A DNA stretch of 50,904 nt from Minisyncoccota bacterium (GTDB taxonomy: Bacteria; Patescibacteriota; Patescibacteriia; Patescibacteriales; UBA12465). Below are positions 10,375 through 18,251 of the stretch, piece by piece. How positions within the stretch are numbered: the first letter of the stretch is position 1; each line of letters begins with the position of its first letter. The position numbers and the translations under genes were made by a program. Where the stretch lies: NCBI GenBank assembly GCA_021734405.1, contig JAIPJA010000004.1:1-50904 (forward strand). Direction: 5' to 3'. The notes beneath the pieces are model-generated. The model had not been told where the DNA came from. It did not search any database and saw only the letters and a list, made by a program, of their open reading frames with translations.

Positions 10375-11142
10375 ATGAACAGTAAAAACATTAACAAAGT
10401 TTTTGTAATTAATGCTGCGGGTGGCAATGCCACAGCTATTATGTTACTTAAAGAGCCTCTTAGCAGAGAAGAGTATGCTAAAATCGGTAAAAGAATGATG
10501 AATGATTTTGAGTCGTTTCAGGTTGAACAAGCAGGTTTTTTGCTTTTAGATACGATGCACTTTGAAATGAGTGGTGGTGAATTCTGTGGAAATGCTGCTA
10601 GAGCAGCTGCCATGTTGTTTTTTGATTTAAGACAATCAAATAAATTTACCATGTCAGGATTTTTAGGTGAAATAGTATCAAGAGTTAAATATACCTCTAC
10701 TGATAAAAAGATAGCTGAAGTAAGTTGTGACTTTCCCTCTTTAAATCCAGTGCCCCAATTAACCGACATTAAAAATACCAAGATAGTTGATTTGGGAGGG
10801 ATTGTGCATATAGTTGTTAATGATAATTTTCCAAAAGAAGATTATCAGCAAATTCATACAAAATTGACCGAGAGATTTAACTTGCAGAACAAAGCGGCTG
10901 TTGGGGTTGTTTGGTACAATATTTCAGGCAATGATGCGCGTATTGATCCAGTCGTTTGGGTAAAAGATATTGATAGTTTTTTTTATGAGACTTCTTGCGG
11001 TTCAGGTTCTATTGCTGTTGCCAGCGTATCTGGTGCAGAAAATATTTTTCAGCCTAGCGGTGAAAAAATTATTGTTAAAATTAATAATGAAGGAGTAAAT
11101 TTAAAAAGTGATATGGAGGTTATCTATGAAAGCGATGATTAA
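10375..11142 (+). CDS. PLP-independent DapF-fold amino-acid racemase, histidine racemase (CntK-like) subfamily
   Basis: GGNAT, EQAGF, MSGGEFCGNA, YETSCGSGS and QPSG parallel the S. aureus CntK motifs (SGNMT, EQVGF, MSGNEFCGNA, ENSCGSG, QPGG). It lacks the DapF hallmarks GNDF, GNPH and ERG.GET.ACGTG. Confidence 0.8.
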   Translation: MNSKNINKVFVINAAGGNATAIMLLKEPLSREEYAKIGKRMMNDFESFQVEQAGFLLLDTMHFEMSGGEFCGNAARAAAMLFFDLRQSNKFTMSGFLGEIVSRVKYTSTDKKIAEVSCDFPSLNPVPQLTDIKNTKIVDLGGIVHIVVNDNFPKEDYQQIHTKLTERFNLQNKAAVGVVWYNISGNDARIDPVVWVKDIDSFFYETSCGSGSIAVASVSGAENIFQPSGEKIIVKINNEGVNLKSDMEVIYESDD

Positions 11143-11719
11143 GCAATTTACAGGTGATATTAATGGCCCTGTCTCTCGAGATTTTGTTAATCTTTACAAA
11201 AAGGTGTTTGCTGAGCCACCTTACTTTGAAAGCTATGAAGACTGTTGGATTTTTGAGAATATTTGGCATTATCATTTAGTTAAAGGATGTATTTTTTTGG
11301 CTTTTGATAAAGATAAATTGATTGGTTTTGGTTGCGGGGTAGGCATGGATAAAGTAGAAAAATTTTTGCCACAAAGCTCTGCCTTAGATCCACTCTTTAA
11401 AGTTAAATGTTTTTTACGGGACGAGGCTAGTGAGTATATTAACGGGAACTCTTTTTTTTATATGTCTGAAATAGGGGTAGATTCTAAATATAGAAGACAA
11501 GGGGTGGGTGGTTTACTTATAACTAGAAGATGGCTATGGGCTGCTCATAACAATTATAAGAATTATCTTATGAGAACTGATGAATTAAATAGTAATTCAC
11601 GTTCTTTGTACGAAAATTTAGGAGCAGAAATTTTACCCATCAAACAAGATGTCTCCGATCATGCCGCTATTATTAATTCTGCTAGCAAAACCAGAATTTA
11701 TTTGCATGGTTCATTGTAA
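11126..11719 (+). CDS. GNAT-family N-acetyltransferase
   Basis: Motif A IGVDSKYRRQGVGGLL and N..SRSLYENLG. ATG 11126 has GGAGG at 11115-11119 and overlaps the racemase end, suggesting translational coupling. Confidence 0.85.
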   Translation: MKAMIKQFTGDINGPVSRDFVNLYKKVFAEPPYFESYEDCWIFENIWHYHLVKGCIFLAFDKDKLIGFGCGVGMDKVEKFLPQSSALDPLFKVKCFLRDEASEYINGNSFFYMSEIGVDSKYRRQGVGGLLITRRWLWAAHNNYKNYLMRTDELNSNSRSLYENLGAEILPIKQDVSDHAAIINSASKTRIYLHGSL

Positions 11720-11725
11720 CTTTTA

Positions 11726-11760
11726 AAAGCCTGTTATTTTTTACAGGCTTTATTTTTTTT
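11726..11760 (+). terminator. Intrinsic terminator after the GNAT gene
   Basis: AAAGCCTGT 11726-11734 / ACAGGCTTT 11743-11751 followed by a T tract. Confidence 0.75.
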
Positions 11761-11783
11761 AAATTTTTATTTAAAATATTAAT

Positions 11784-12500
11784 ATGGATAAAAAAATTTT
11801 AACATATAAAGAATTGCAAAAGATAAGAGCTGGTGAAAATGATGATGCTTTAGTATCATTGAATAATTATTTTCCTACAGCAATATTTTGTAAATATGAA
11901 AAATTAGACATGTTGCCTTGGTCTGGTAATCATATTTTAATTAGAGAATCTATAGCTGAAAAACTTAAAAAAGCAGCTTTTAATTTACAAAAAATAGATA
12001 AAACTTTGCAGTTTAAAGTTGTTTATGGGTATAGGCATCCCACTATTCAAAAAAAATATTTTTTAAAACAAAAAAAATTATTATCTTTAAAATATTCTAA
12101 ATTAAATAATAAAGAATTAATTAATTTAACTCATAATTTTGTAGCCTCTCCAGATGTGGCGGGTCATCCCTGTGGAGCCGCCATAGATTTAACAATAATT
12201 AAAAATGGCAAGCCCCTAGCTATGGGAACTAAAATAGCTGACTTCAATAATCCCGAAGCCATTAAAACTTTTTATAAGAAGCTTACAGAAACCCAAAAAT
12301 TAAACAGATTAATGTTAAGAAAACTTATAATGGATCAAGGGTTTGCTCCTTTTAATGGTGAATGGTGGCATTTTTCTTATGGAGATAAGGAGTGGGCATT
12401 TTATTATAAACAAAAATCCTCTCTATATTCATCTTTATCATTGACAAAAAAAGAAATATATAATATTATAAATAAAAATAAGATAAAATCGGGTGTGTAG
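11784..12500 (+). CDS. M15 family (VanX/DdpX-like) D,D-dipeptidase
   Basis: YGYRHP, Zn ligands GHPCGAAIDLT, catalytic EWWHFSYGD; no signal peptide. Confidence 0.9.
   Translation: MDKKILTYKELQKIRAGENDDALVSLNNYFPTAIFCKYEKLDMLPWSGNHILIRESIAEKLKKAAFNLQKIDKTLQFKVVYGYRHPTIQKKYFLKQKKLLSLKYSKLNNKELINLTHNFVASPDVAGHPCGAAIDLTIIKNGKPLAMGTKIADFNNPEAIKTFYKKLTETQKLNRLMLRKLIMDQGFAPFNGEWWHFSYGDKEWAFYYKQKSSLYSSLSLTKKEIYNIINKNKIKSGV
12441..12469 (+). promoter_or_regulatory. tRNA promoter embedded in the 3' end of the dipeptidase gene
   Basis: TTGACA 12441-12446, 17 bp spacer, TATTAT 12464-12469; about 20 bp upstream of the tRNA. Confidence 0.65.
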
Positions 12501-12564
12501 CTCAGTTGGCTAGAGCAATAGATTGTGGATCTAAAGGTCGCGGGTTCGAATCCCGTCATACCCT
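12491..12564 (+). tRNA. tRNA-His (GUG), atypical: no genomic G-1, U73 discriminator, CCA not encoded
   Basis: Acceptor GGGTGTG/CATACCC; D arm GCTC-AGTTGGCTA-GAGC; anticodon arm ATAGA-TTGTGGA-TCTAA; T arm GCGGG-TTCGAAT-CCCGT. Confidence 0.93.
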
Positions 12565-12567
12565 CTT

Positions 12568-12595
12568 GACCTGTAAACTTACAGGTCTTTTTTTT
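12568..12595 (+). terminator. Intrinsic terminator after the tRNA
   Basis: GACCTGTA 12568-12575 / TACAGGTC 12580-12587 followed by T8. Confidence 0.85.
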
Positions 12596-12622
12596 GACAA
12601 TTTATATTTCTTTTGATAAATT
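12594..12622 (+). promoter_or_regulatory. Promoter for hisS-hutH
   Basis: TTGACA 12594-12599, 17 bp spacer, extended -10 TG-A-TAAATT (TAAATT 12617-12622). Confidence 0.55.
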
Positions 12623-12664
12623 GAAATAATAATTTAGTTCATTGATAATTTAATACTTATAAAC

Positions 12665-14062
12665 ATGGAAAGAATAATCAAGCCAGAAAGACCGGCTGGG
12701 TTTATTGATTATAATACAGAATATTTTTTAGCCAGAGAATCTATGGTTAATAAAATAAGTAAAGTTTTCAGATCTTTTGGTTATAATCCAATTGAAACTC
12801 CATTAGCTGAATTCCTTAAAACCTTAGTTGGTACTGATGAAACTTCTAAAAATATTTTTTCATTAAGAAGTTTAAATTCGTCTTCAGGAGACGATGATAT
12901 TGCTTTGAGATTTGATCACACTGTGCCTTTCGCTCGTTTTTTAGCGGCTAATCCTTACAATAAAGAAAATCAATCAGGCATTAAATTGCCATGGAGAAGG
13001 TCCGTCTATGGTCCAGTGTTTCGTGGTGACACCCCCCAAAAAGGCAGGTTTAGGCAGTTTTATCAATTTGATATTGATGTGGCTGGCTCTTCTTCTATGC
13101 TTGCTGACGCTGAGATAGTTGCTGTTATCTATAACACATTAAAAGAGCTATCCATTTCTAACTTTGTTATTAAAGTGAATAACAGAAAAATATTAAATGG
13201 TTTTATTGATCTTCTAAACATAAAAAAAAGAGGGGAAATTAGTGCTAATGAAATTGCTATGGAGATAATGAGAATTTTAGATAAAATTCAAAAAAATTCA
13301 TGGGACATTGTAAAACAAGAATTAGCGCAAAAACCAGTTAATAAATTTGATGTTAGCCCAGGGCTTATTAAGGAAGATATTGTGAAAATTGAAAGATTCT
13401 TGCGCTTACAGGGTAGCAATGATGAAAAAATTACTCAATGTTTTTCTTTATTTTCTGGAATTAAAATTGCTGAGGATGGCTTAACAGAGTTAAGAAAAAT
13501 GTTAGAATTTTTATCATGCCAAACCGTAGATCTCGATTATGTAAAAATAGATTTTTCTGTTGCTAGAGGCTTAGATTATTACACTGGCCCAGTATTTGAA
13601 ACATTTATTAATTCAGCCCTCGAATTTGGTAGTATTTTTTCTGGTGGTCGTTATGATGAATTGTTTTCTAGATTTACAGGAAAGAAATTACCTGCCGTAG
13701 GGGCTTCGATTGGTGTTGATAGATTTTTTTCAGTTTTAAACCATTTAAATCTTCTAAACCTGAAACAAAAAAAAGTTGCCGATGTAATTATTTTACGATT
13801 ATCGGATGATGATAAATTTATTCAGGATTATCTATTTTTCGCTGATAGCTTAAGAAAATTAGGTGTAAACGCCGAGATAAGCTTATTGGAAAATAAAGAT
13901 TTTTCTGCTCAATTTAATTTTGCTATTAGTCAAAGTTATAATTACGCTTTAATTTTTGGCGAAAGAGAGCGGGAGAAAAATGTTGTTGTTATCAAAGATT
14001 TAATAAAAAGAGAACAGAAAGAATTAAAATTTTCGGAATTTAATAATTTTTTTAAATCATAA
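12665..14062 (+). CDS. hisS: Histidine--tRNA ligase (long-insertion, eukaryote/alphaproteobacteria-like type)
   Basis: LRFDHTVP, motif 2 FRGDTPQKGRFRQFYQFD, ARGLDYYTG, SGGRYD, AVGASIGVDR and a C-terminal anticodon-binding domain (so not HisZ). Confidence 0.95.
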   Translation: MERIIKPERPAGFIDYNTEYFLARESMVNKISKVFRSFGYNPIETPLAEFLKTLVGTDETSKNIFSLRSLNSSSGDDDIALRFDHTVPFARFLAANPYNKENQSGIKLPWRRSVYGPVFRGDTPQKGRFRQFYQFDIDVAGSSSMLADAEIVAVIYNTLKELSISNFVIKVNNRKILNGFIDLLNIKKRGEISANEIAMEIMRILDKIQKNSWDIVKQELAQKPVNKFDVSPGLIKEDIVKIERFLRLQGSNDEKITQCFSLFSGIKIAEDGLTELRKMLEFLSCQTVDLDYVKIDFSVARGLDYYTGPVFETFINSALEFGSIFSGGRYDELFSRFTGKKLPAVGASIGVDRFFSVLNHLNLLNLKQKKVADVIILRLSDDDKFIQDYLFFADSLRKLGVNAEISLLENKDFSAQFNFAISQSYNYALIFGEREREKNVVVIKDLIKREQKELKFSEFNNFFKS

Positions 14063-14073
14063 AAATTTATATC

Positions 14074-15738
14074 ATGAATGAAATTGTAATAAATGGCCAA
14101 AATTTAAGTATCCAAGATACAATTTTGGTTGCTCGTGGTTATCACGATGGTTATCGACATCATTTTCCTTTAGTAGTTTTAGATGAAGAGATAAAAGAAA
14201 AGCTTAAAATATTTCGTGAAGCTTTAGAAGAGAGAATTGCTGCTAAAGACATTATGTATGGCGTCAATACGGGTTGCGGAATAAAAAAAGGAACTGTTAT
14301 TTCTGCTGATGAAATTAACAATTATCAGAAGCATTACATTCCTGCGCATTGTGTTGCTATTGGAGAATTTTTTCCAGAAGAAGTAGTGAGGGCAGCTATG
14401 ATTTTTAGGGTAAATTCTTTTGCCCTTGGACACTCTGGCGTTAGACTTGAGTTGTGTGAGAAAATTTTGGAATTTTACAATAAAGGTATTATTCCTTGCG
14501 TACCTTCTCAAGGCTCAGTAGGTTCTAGTGGTGATTTGTGCTTTTTAGCTCATATTTCAGCGGCATTGATAGGTTTAAAAGAACAACAAGTTTTTTTCGA
14601 GGGAGAAATAATGTCTTGTGAAGTGGCTCTTGAAAAAGCTAGAGTGCAACCGATTAGTCTAAAAGCAAAAGAGGCCATGGCTCTTACCAATGGGTCGACC
14701 TTTATTTTGGCTCAGGGTATATTAGCTATTTATGACATTGAAAATTTGATTGATACTGCTAATATAGCAGCAGCTTTGTCGTTAGAAGCTATTAGAGGAG
14801 AGATTGATGCTTTTGACGAAAGAGTTCATGCCATTAGAAAAAGCGAAGGAGCTAATAATTGTGCTCAGGTGATTAGAGATTTATGTTGCGAATCGAAAAG
14901 AATGAGTAAAGCCTCACAAGATAAAACCTTGCCAGCCGAAAAACACATCAAAAAATTTGATGTTCAAGGGAAACCTGTTCCTAGAGTCCAAGATGCCTAT
15001 TCATTTAGAGCACATGCTCAGGTTATGGGATCTGTTATGGAAGCTTTTGATTTTTGTAAAGAAATTTTTAAGAGAGAATTAAATGCTGCCACTGACAATC
15101 CTTTAATTTTTGAAGAAGGTGACGGTTTTAGAGCTATATCAGGGGGCAATTTTCATGGAGAGCCTTTAGCCCAAGCAGCAGATTTTTTAAAAATTGCTGT
15201 ACAACAATTAGCCAATATTTCAGATCGTCGCTTTTATGCGCTAACCATGCCCAGTACCAGCTACGGCTTACCAGCTGATTTAGTTGGTTTGAGTAATCCA
15301 GATTTAAATACTGGCTTAATGATTTTGCAGTATAGTACGGCTGCATTGGTAAATGAAAATAAAAGCCTTTGCCATCCAAGTGTTATTGACTCTATTCCAA
15401 CCTCAGCTAATCAGGAGGACTATGTTTCCATGGGGGCAACTTCTGCTAAGTTTTTACGTAAAGTTGTAGAAAATACGACTTATGTTGTTGCGGCGGAATT
15501 ATTAGCCGCTGCCCAAGGAATTTCCTGGACTGAAGAAGATTTAGGACCTGATTTAAGTCCTTTAGGCACTAAAACGAAACGGGCTTATAATTTTATTCGT
15601 CAATATGTAAAAGTCATGGATGATGATAGATTTATTCAAGCAGATTGGCTTAAAATCATTGAGCAGATCAAAAACCAGGAATTTGTTAGATATGTTTATG
15701 ATGACAACCCTGGTTGTCGTTATTTGCACATACATTAA
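14074..15738 (+). CDS. hutH: Histidine ammonia-lyase (MIO family)
   Basis: YGVNTG, His at the specificity position (PAH), GSVGSSGDL, KEAMALTNG, QDAYSFR, DNP..SGGNFHG, NQEDYVSMG. Confidence 0.9.
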   Translation: MNEIVINGQNLSIQDTILVARGYHDGYRHHFPLVVLDEEIKEKLKIFREALEERIAAKDIMYGVNTGCGIKKGTVISADEINNYQKHYIPAHCVAIGEFFPEEVVRAAMIFRVNSFALGHSGVRLELCEKILEFYNKGIIPCVPSQGSVGSSGDLCFLAHISAALIGLKEQQVFFEGEIMSCEVALEKARVQPISLKAKEAMALTNGSTFILAQGILAIYDIENLIDTANIAAALSLEAIRGEIDAFDERVHAIRKSEGANNCAQVIRDLCCESKRMSKASQDKTLPAEKHIKKFDVQGKPVPRVQDAYSFRAHAQVMGSVMEAFDFCKEIFKRELNAATDNPLIFEEGDGFRAISGGNFHGEPLAQAADFLKIAVQQLANISDRRFYALTMPSTSYGLPADLVGLSNPDLNTGLMILQYSTAALVNENKSLCHPSVIDSIPTSANQEDYVSMGATSAKFLRKVVENTTYVVAAELLAAAQGISWTEEDLGPDLSPLGTKTKRAYNFIRQYVKVMDDDRFIQADWLKIIEQIKNQEFVRYVYDDNPGCRYLHIH

Positions 15739-15752
15739 AATGTATGTAATTT

Positions 15753-15780
15753 AAATCCCACCGTAATAGTGGGATTTTTT
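15753..15780 (+). terminator. Intrinsic terminator after hutH
   Basis: AAATCCCAC 15753-15761 / GTGGGATTT 15769-15777 followed by Ts. Confidence 0.8.
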
Positions 15781-15843
15781 ATTTCGAACTTTTAATATAT
15801 TTTTTGGTGTGATAAACTCTAAATATAATAATATTTATTAAAT

Positions 15844-16839
15844 ATGAAAAAAATAATACCAGAAAAATTAAAAGTAGGAGATGAAATACGAGTTATAGCC
15901 CCGGCTAGTAGCTTGTCTTTGGTTTCTAAAGATGTAAAAGAATTGGCACTGAAGAGATTAGAAGACATGGGTTACAGCGTGACTTTTGGAAAATATTGCA
16001 AGGAAAATGATATTTTTTCCTCTTCATCTATTGAATCGAGAGTAAAAGATATACACGAGGCTTTTAAAGATAAAAAGGTAAAAGCTATCTTAACTGTTTT
16101 GGGAGGTTTTAACTCAAATCAACTTTTAAAATATATTGATTATAAATTAATTAGAGATAATCCTAAAATAATTTGTGGCTTTTCTGATATAACAGCTTTA
16201 AATAATGCCATATTTCAAAAAACTAAAATGATTACATATATTGGTCCCCATTTTTCAAGTTTTGGCATGAAAAAAGGATTAGATTATACTAGAGAATATT
16301 TTGTAAAATGCTTAACCTCTGATAATAGCTATAAAGTTGAACCATCAAAAAAATGGAGTGATGATGCTTGGTTTTTAAATCAAAATAAAAGAGAGTTTAT
16401 TAATAATAAAGGTCCCTTAGTAATTAATGCGGGCAGTGCGGAAGGTGTTGTTTTTGGTGGAAATTTATGCACTTTAAATCTCTTACAAGGAACAGAGTTT
16501 ATGCCTGGTATCAAAAATTCTGTATTATTTATTGAAGATGATGATTTAGTTGAAGATTCTTTTAGCATGGAATTTGATCGCAATTTACAGTCTTTAATTG
16601 ATCAGCCTATATTTAAAAATGTAAAGGCTTTGGTCATAGGAAGATTTCAGAAAAAAACTGATATTAATTTTGATAAATTAAAATATATTATAAAATCAAA
16701 AAAAGAATTAAAAGATATTCCAGTGATTGCAAATCTTGATTTTGGGCATACCACGCCTATGATTACATTTCCAATCGGAGGCAAGGTAAAAATTACTGCT
16801 AGAGGTCAGAAACTTTCTTTAGATATAATAGAGCACTAA
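15844..16839 (+). CDS. S66 family peptidase (LD-carboxypeptidase / MccF-like)
   Basis: IAPAS, GGFNSNQLL, Ser motif GFSDIT, GGNL, Glu in FIED, His in FGHT. Confidence 0.92.
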   Translation: MKKIIPEKLKVGDEIRVIAPASSLSLVSKDVKELALKRLEDMGYSVTFGKYCKENDIFSSSSIESRVKDIHEAFKDKKVKAILTVLGGFNSNQLLKYIDYKLIRDNPKIICGFSDITALNNAIFQKTKMITYIGPHFSSFGMKKGLDYTREYFVKCLTSDNSYKVEPSKKWSDDAWFLNQNKREFINNKGPLVINAGSAEGVVFGGNLCTLNLLQGTEFMPGIKNSVLFIEDDDLVEDSFSMEFDRNLQSLIDQPIFKNVKALVIGRFQKKTDINFDKLKYIIKSKKELKDIPVIANLDFGHTTPMITFPIGGKVKITARGQKLSLDIIEH

Positions 16840-16870
16840 TTTAGTATTTAAAATATTATATAGTATTACG

Positions 16871-16893
16871 GCTCTCAATTAGAGAGCTTTTTT
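16871..16893 (+). terminator. Intrinsic terminator after the S66 peptidase gene
   Basis: GCTCTC 16871-16876 / GAGAGC 16882-16887 followed by T6. Confidence 0.65.
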
Positions 16894-16946
16894 ATTGACT
16901 CCCTACCTTTTTCTAGCTAATATAAGTATATATTAATATTTTTACC

Positions 16947-18149
16947 ATGAATAACTTAGACAAAGAAAAAAAAGCAGAGGAAATTGTACAAAGAGGTATA
17001 ATTTCTCAAATATTGCCTGATAAAAAAGATTTTAAAAATAAACTTGTAAAAGACAAGCTTCGCTTTTATATCGGGGCTGATCCAACTTCTACGGCTCTAC
17101 ATTTAAGCCATGCTAAAAATTACATGCTTTTAGAAGAGTTTCGACAGTTAGGACATGAGGTTATTGTTTTAATTGGAGACTTTACTGCTCGTATTGGCGA
17201 TCCTACAGATAAGGGCTCAGCCAGAGTGCAACTGAGTAAAGAAGATGTTGAAAAAAATGTTGTAGATTGGGTTAAACAAATTAAACCACTTTTAAATTTT
17301 GATGACAAAGATAATCCTGCCAAGATTATGTATAATAGTGCTTGGCTGTCTAAGTTGACCATGGAAGATGTAGTTGAATTAGCTTCTAATACTACGGTTC
17401 AACAGATGCTGGAGAGAGATATGTTTGAGAAAAGAATGAAGGAGAATAAACCCATATTTTTACATGAGTTTATGTATCCTTTAATGCAAGGTTATGATAG
17501 TGTAGCTATGGATGTAGATGTTGAGCTTTGTGGAACTGATCAAATATTTAATGCTCTAATGGGCAGGACTTTACTTAAAAAATTAAAGAATAAAGATAAG
17601 TTTGTGGTAGCTGTTAATTTAATGGAAAATCCTGTAACTGGAGAATTAATGTCTAAAAGCCGGGGCACAGGTATATTCTTGAATTTCTCTGCTAAAGAAA
17701 TGTATGGAGCAATTATGTCTCAGTCAGATGAGATGATAAAGGTGTTTTTAATAAATAATACTAGAGTTCCCTTACAGGAAATTGAGGAAATTATGAAAGC
17801 GGAAAACCCTAGGGATGCAAAAATGAGAACTGCTTTTGAAGTTGTTAAAGTTTTCCGCGGAGACAAGGAAGCTAAAGAAGCTCAAGATGATTTTATAGCT
17901 AAATTTCAAACTAAAGAAGTGCCTGATAATTTAGAAGAAATTAACTTAGGTAAAGATGAGGCCGAATTGTTTGAAATTTTAAAAGCCGGTCTTTCTAATT
18001 TAAGTAATAGTGATATTAGAAGATTAGTAGATCAAGGAGCTATTAAAATTGATGGGGAGGAGAAGAAGGATATAAAAGAGGTAATTGATATTTCTTCAGG
18101 AGTGGTGGTAAAGGCTGGGAAGAAGAATTGGTTTAAGACGGTTGGGTAG
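16947..18149 (+). CDS. tyrS: Tyrosine--tRNA ligase
   Basis: YIGADPT..LHLSH, IGDFTARIGDP, YPLMQGYDS, GTDQ.FN, MSKS, C-terminal S4 domain. Confidence 0.96.
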   Translation: MNNLDKEKKAEEIVQRGIISQILPDKKDFKNKLVKDKLRFYIGADPTSTALHLSHAKNYMLLEEFRQLGHEVIVLIGDFTARIGDPTDKGSARVQLSKEDVEKNVVDWVKQIKPLLNFDDKDNPAKIMYNSAWLSKLTMEDVVELASNTTVQQMLERDMFEKRMKENKPIFLHEFMYPLMQGYDSVAMDVDVELCGTDQIFNALMGRTLLKKLKNKDKFVVAVNLMENPVTGELMSKSRGTGIFLNFSAKEMYGAIMSQSDEMIKVFLINNTRVPLQEIEEIMKAENPRDAKMRTAFEVVKVFRGDKEAKEAQDDFIAKFQTKEVPDNLEEINLGKDEAELFEILKAGLSNLSNSDIRRLVDQGAIKIDGEEKKDIKEVIDISSGVVVKAGKKNWFKTVG

Positions 18150-18251
18150 TTTTTATAAGTTATATATAATTTAAATATTATTAAAGTTTTGGCTGATGTC
18201 AAGGCTTTTTTCATTTGTTCCCCAGTTTTAAATCAGGTATAATATAAGTGT

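Noticed and set aside
10027-11719. Staphylopine-type metallophore cluster
   Set aside because: No CntL, CntM, exporter or ABC importer lies near the racemase.
11784-12500. Vancomycin resistance cluster
   Set aside because: Only a VanX-like peptidase is present; there is no vanA/vanH/vanRS in the window.
16840-16946. T-box riboswitch before tyrS
   Set aside because: Only 107 bp are available and no T-box motif is present; the hairpin is the upstream gene's terminator.
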